Below, piece by piece: positions 23,560 to 26,084 of a stretch of DNA of 26,084 bases. The position numbers were made by a program, and so were the translations under genes. This DNA is from Candidatus Pacearchaeota archaeon (GTDB lineage: Archaea; Nanobdellota; Nanobdellia; Pacearchaeales; GW2011-AR1). Numbering within the stretch: position 1 is the first letter of the stretch; every line of letters starts with the position of its first letter. The stretch lies in the NCBI GenBank assembly GCA_023144035.1, contig JAGLGM010000008.1, forward strand, positions 1 to 26,084. The letters run 5' to 3'. The notes beneath the pieces were generated by a model. That model worked only from the letters and a program-made list of their open reading frames with translations, ran no database searches and was not told the DNA's origin.

Positions 23560-23746
23560 AGAAGTACCAGAATTAAAATCAAATCGATGGTATGAAATTC
23601 CATTACATATCATTCATGAATGTTGTGTTTGTGGTAATGAACATGAAGTAAAATTTAAAATAAAAAATAATACATTATACACAAAATGGAAAGGAATTAA
23701 TACTAAAAATGAAATCAAAAATTCTAAAACTAATAAAAAAGATTGA
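23531..23746 (+). CDS. Small Cys/His-containing protein, 71 aa
   Basis: Starts MKSKILKLIK, identical to the start of the next gene because of the 33-bp direct repeat. Contains HECCVCGNEHE. Overlaps both neighbours. Confidence 0.45.
   Translation: MKSKILKLIKEVPELKSNRWYEIPLHIIHECCVCGNEHEVKFKIKNNTLYTKWKGINTKNEIKNSKTNKKD
23704..23736 (+). repeat. 33-bp direct repeat, copy 2 (spans the end of the 71-aa ORF and the start of the nucleotidyltransferase ORF)
   Basis: See copy 1. The offset is 178 bp. Confidence 0.9.
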
Positions 23747-24467
23747 AGAAGAAAAAGATATAAAAGTAATTTTCGCAGTAGAATCTGGAAGTAGGAGTTG
23801 GAACTTTGCATCTAAAGATTCAGATTATGATGTTCGATGTGTTCATGTATCTAAAGTTAAGAAATATCTTAGTCTTGTTAATCCTCCAGAACAAATTGAA
23901 AGTTTAAATGATGTAGAAAATATAGATTTAGTATCATGGGATATAAGAAAGTTTCTAAAATTATTATTTAATTCGAATCCGACTTGTAGTGAATGGTTAA
24001 ATTCATCCATTATTTATATTGATAGTTTTTATAGAACTCAATTAAAAGAAATATTTGAAAAAGGATTTTCTAAATATGCTTTAAAGAAACATTATATTTC
24101 TATGGCAAGACAAAATTATGAAAAATATATTAGAAATAAAAATCCATGTTCACTTAAAAAATATGTTTATGTATTAAGAAGTCTTGCTTGTGTAGAATGG
24201 TTAATTTATAAAAAAGAAATTCCTCCAATAAAATATAATGATGTTATGAAAATTCTTCCAGAAAAATTAAGAAAGTTTTTTGAAGAGTCAGTTAAGTTGA
24301 AGAAATCTGGTGAGGATACTAAAGGTTCACAAAATGAGCCAGTAAATCGGTTAATTGAAAAATATTTTGATATTGAATTTGAAAAAGATGAAGATGATTT
24401 TAATATTGAGATTTTGCATCGAGTTCTTCGAACTGTAATTACATTGCAAGGAAGTGAAATAAAATGA
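23709..24467 (+). CDS. Pol-beta-superfamily nucleotidyltransferase, RlaP-like (PF10127-type) (252 aa)
   Basis: FAVESGSRSWNFASKDSDYDVRCVH matches the GS-x(9-10)-SDxDxR nucleotidyltransferase signature of the family I remember as RlaP (RNA repair pathway Pol-beta family), which is often linked to RtcB. Confidence 0.7.
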   Translation: MKSKILKLIKKIEEEKDIKVIFAVESGSRSWNFASKDSDYDVRCVHVSKVKKYLSLVNPPEQIESLNDVENIDLVSWDIRKFLKLLFNSNPTCSEWLNSSIIYIDSFYRTQLKEIFEKGFSKYALKKHYISMARQNYEKYIRNKNPCSLKKYVYVLRSLACVEWLIYKKEIPPIKYNDVMKILPEKLRKFFEESVKLKKSGEDTKGSQNEPVNRLIEKYFDIEFEKDEDDFNIEILHRVLRTVITLQGSEIK

Positions 24468-24871
24468 AAAAATTAATACGAATAAAATCTAAATCAAAAG
24501 GAAAAAAACTATCGAGAAAAAAATACAGAACAGATATAGAAGAAATAATGGAAAAAGGATTAATAAGTATTGGTTTAACTGGTTATATTTTTGATACTGG
24601 AATTAGAAGTAAATATGGATATCGTCCTGATTTTATGTGGCCAGATATTAAATTCGGAATTGAATGTGATGGTGAACATTGGCATAAACGAACTAAAAAA
24701 CAATTTGAACATGATAGGAAAAAAAATGGATATTTTAAAAGTAAAGAATGGATGATATTACATTTTTCAGGAACAGAAATTAAAACTGATATTCATACTT
24801 GTATAAACAAGATTAAAATAGAAATAAGAAGGAGGAAAAAGAAATATGGAAACAATAAAAGTAAAGATTGA
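24464..24871 (+). CDS. PD-(D/E)xK endonuclease-fold protein, DUF559/Vsr-like (135 aa)
   Basis: YRPDFMWPDIKFGIECDGEHWH fits the D...E.D/ExK core of DUF559-type endonuclease domains. Both termini are basic. ATGA overlap with the upstream gene. Confidence 0.6.
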   Translation: MKKLIRIKSKSKGKKLSRKKYRTDIEEIMEKGLISIGLTGYIFDTGIRSKYGYRPDFMWPDIKFGIECDGEHWHKRTKKQFEHDRKKNGYFKSKEWMILHFSGTEIKTDIHTCINKIKIEIRRRKKKYGNNKSKD

Positions 24872-25373
24872 AGGAACTGCACCATTACTTATGCATAGAT
24901 TTGCAGAAGAAGAAGCTTCTATGAAAAGTGCAAGAACTAAAAGAGTTTATATAGCAGAAGATGAAGCTGAAAAAGCTGCATATAGAAACACTGCTGGTAA
25001 ATTATGTTTACCAACAAGACATTTTAAAGCTTCTATGACTAAAGCTGGAGTAGAACTTATTTTTAAAGGAAGAAAAACATATAAAGATTATATCAAATCT
25101 GGTATTATTTTTAAAGAAGTAGAAACTGTTTTAGACCAACAAAAATATGTAATAGATTCTGTTCCAGCAGTTATTAATCGAGCAAGAATAATGAGACATA
25201 GACCAAGATTTGATAAATGGTCTTGTGAATTTGAATTTGATATAATTGATGAAGCATTAGATGTTACTAATGTTAAACAAATACTTGAGTCAGCTGGAAA
25301 GTATAAAGGTGTTGGAGATAATCGACCTGAATTCGGAAGATTTAAAGTAACAGAATTTAAGAAAATTAAATAA
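24846..25373 (+). CDS. Hypothetical protein with RAMP-like (Cas7/Csm3-like) motifs, 175 aa
   Basis: Strong SD AGGAGGA 9 nt upstream of the ATG. IKVKIEGTAPLLMHRF is a beta-strand plus xPLhhH motif. GKLCLPTRHFKASMTKAG resembles the RAMP motif P(Y/I)IPGSS(L/I)KGALR. The C-terminal GKYKGVGDNRPEFGRFKV resembles the RAMP glycine-rich loop. The CDS call is firm; the family call is tentative. Confidence 0.8.
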   Translation: METIKVKIEGTAPLLMHRFAEEEASMKSARTKRVYIAEDEAEKAAYRNTAGKLCLPTRHFKASMTKAGVELIFKGRKTYKDYIKSGIIFKEVETVLDQQKYVIDSVPAVINRARIMRHRPRFDKWSCEFEFDIIDEALDVTNVKQILESAGKYKGVGDNRPEFGRFKVTEFKKIK

Positions 25374-25382
25374 CTTAATTAT

Positions 25383-25786
25383 TATATTCAATATTGTTAT
25401 GTTGGGTTTTAGTGAGTTGAGTTAAGGTACGTTAAGTTAGGATAAGTTTTGTTGAGTTAAGGTAGGGATTTAATTATCCCTATCATTTTTTATATTCAAC
25501 TAAGTTGCGTTTAGTTAGGTTATGATGAGTTATGATGAGTTTTTGTTTGATTCGTTGAGTTAAGTTGAGTTTTGTTATGGTAAGGAATCATACTTATATT
25601 CACTTGAGTTATGGATTGTTCAGTTAGGTTATGAATTGATAGGTTACGGTATGATGTGTTACGTTTTGTTCAGTTGGGATAAGTTAAGGTAAGGAATTAT
25701 ATTCATATTCAACTTTGTTGTTATCAGGTTAGTTAAGTTACGTTAAGTTGTAGTTGGTTGTGTTAAGGTATGGTAAATTAAAAAAC
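25383..25786 (+). repeat. Non-coding, C-depleted, G+T-rich array of four ~105-bp degenerate tandem units
   Basis: TATATTCA anchors sit at 25383, 25491, 25595 and 25698 (spacing 108/104/103). GGTAAGGAAT occurs at 25579 and 25688, with the variant GGTAGGGATT at 25461. My hand count for 25381-25780 is about 96 G versus 23 C. Stops occur in every frame. Confidence 0.85.
25463..25491 (+). terminator. Weak hairpin + T-run terminator candidate downstream of the plus-strand operon
   Basis: tagggat (25463-25469) / atcccta (25476-25482) form a 7-bp stem with a 6-nt loop, followed by tcatttttt. The stem is short with only 3 G-C pairs. It lies inside unit 1 of the repeat array. Confidence 0.4.
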
Positions 25787-25796
25787 TAAAAAGAAA

Positions 25797-26084
25797 TCAA
25801 TCAAACACACCTTCTAATAGATTTTGATAATATTCAAAAACATGTTTTATTTCATCATTACAACTATAATTTTCTTTTTTTCTATTTTCTTCTTCAACTT
25901 TATCTTTATATATTCCATTCATTACTTTTATAAATTCATAGAATAATTTATTAATTCCATCAAAAGCTATTTCACATTTTTTAAGTCTCTTTTTTAGATT
26001 TATTATTTCTTCTTCAGTAGTAAATTTAACTTTTGGTTCTTCTTCACGATATTCAGGAGAATTTTCAAGCATTAATTTTTTCAT
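25797..26084 (-). CDS. Hypothetical protein (95 aa as seen; the ATG sits at the very window edge, so the true start may lie further upstream)
   Basis: ORF from the track, Glu/Lys-rich and helical. It converges on the repeat array. No family recognised. Confidence 0.5.
   Translation of the reverse strand: MKKLMLENSPEYREEEPKVKFTTEEEIINLKKRLKKCEIAFDGINKLFYEFIKVMNGIYKDKVEEENRKKENYSCNDEIKHVFEYYQNLLEGVFD

Noticed and set aside
23199-23811. Minus-strand ORFs 23199..23540 and 23614..23811
   Set aside because: They are antisense to the Lys-rich and small plus-strand ORFs. Their Phe/Leu/Ser-rich low-complexity products mirror AAA/GAA codons, and the whole island is transcribed rightward.
25383-25786. 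The four-unit array as a CRISPR array, a protein-coding region or a telomere-like repeat
   Set aside because: The conserved cores are short (8-10 nt) and degenerate. The ~80-nt inter-core segments share one biased composition rather than being unique spacers. Stops occur in all frames. TTAGG-like words are not regularly phased. I kept it as an unexplained non-coding array.

Overview
Strongly AT-rich, tightly packed genome fragment of a tailed dsDNA virus (Caudoviricetes, HK97-fold capsid lineage). Gene junctions are often TAAATG or ATGA, and many genes have GGAGG-type Shine-Dalgarno sites. I see no rRNA, tRNA, CRISPR array, integrase or cellular housekeeping genes. Layout: (1) A minus-strand structural operon runs 9531->1. 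It holds a small protein, a prohead protease-scaffold fusion, a decoration-like protein and an HK97-type major capsid protein. These are followed by a hairpin terminator, five small virion proteins, a 1412-aa fibre with about 12 GIGT repeats, and a tandem-repeat protein that runs off the left edge. (2) An HNH homing-type endonuclease plus an AbrB-like mini-gene are bracketed by 47-bp inverted repeats that face the two divergent late operons. (3) On the plus strand are a portal-MuF fusion and four unknown ORFs. (4) A minus-strand operon runs 19466->14242. It holds a 637-aa protein with a TerD-like C-terminus, small early-type ORFs, a terminator, a putative small terminase, and a large terminase split into separate ATPase and nuclease ORFs. 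(5) A plus-strand tRNA/RNA-repair island spans 19781-24871. It holds a class II CCA-adding enzyme with HD domain, PTH2-type peptidyl-tRNA hydrolase, RtcB ligase, an RlaP-like nucleotidyltransferase, a PD-(D/E)xK DUF559-like nuclease and several unknown small ORFs. (6) A 175-aa ORF with RAMP-like (Cas7/Csm3-like) motifs is followed by a 400-bp non-coding array, C-depleted and G+T-rich, made of four ~105-bp units. The host domain is unresolved. SD sites and hairpin-plus-U terminators look bacterial, whereas the PTH2 type and a repeated ATTTAAAT(A) upstream core could be archaeal. The best candidates for something new are the repair island with its uncharacterised partners, the RAMP-like ORF with the adjacent repeat array, and the TerD-like 637-aa protein. 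All functional calls rest on motif recognition by eye, not on database searches.
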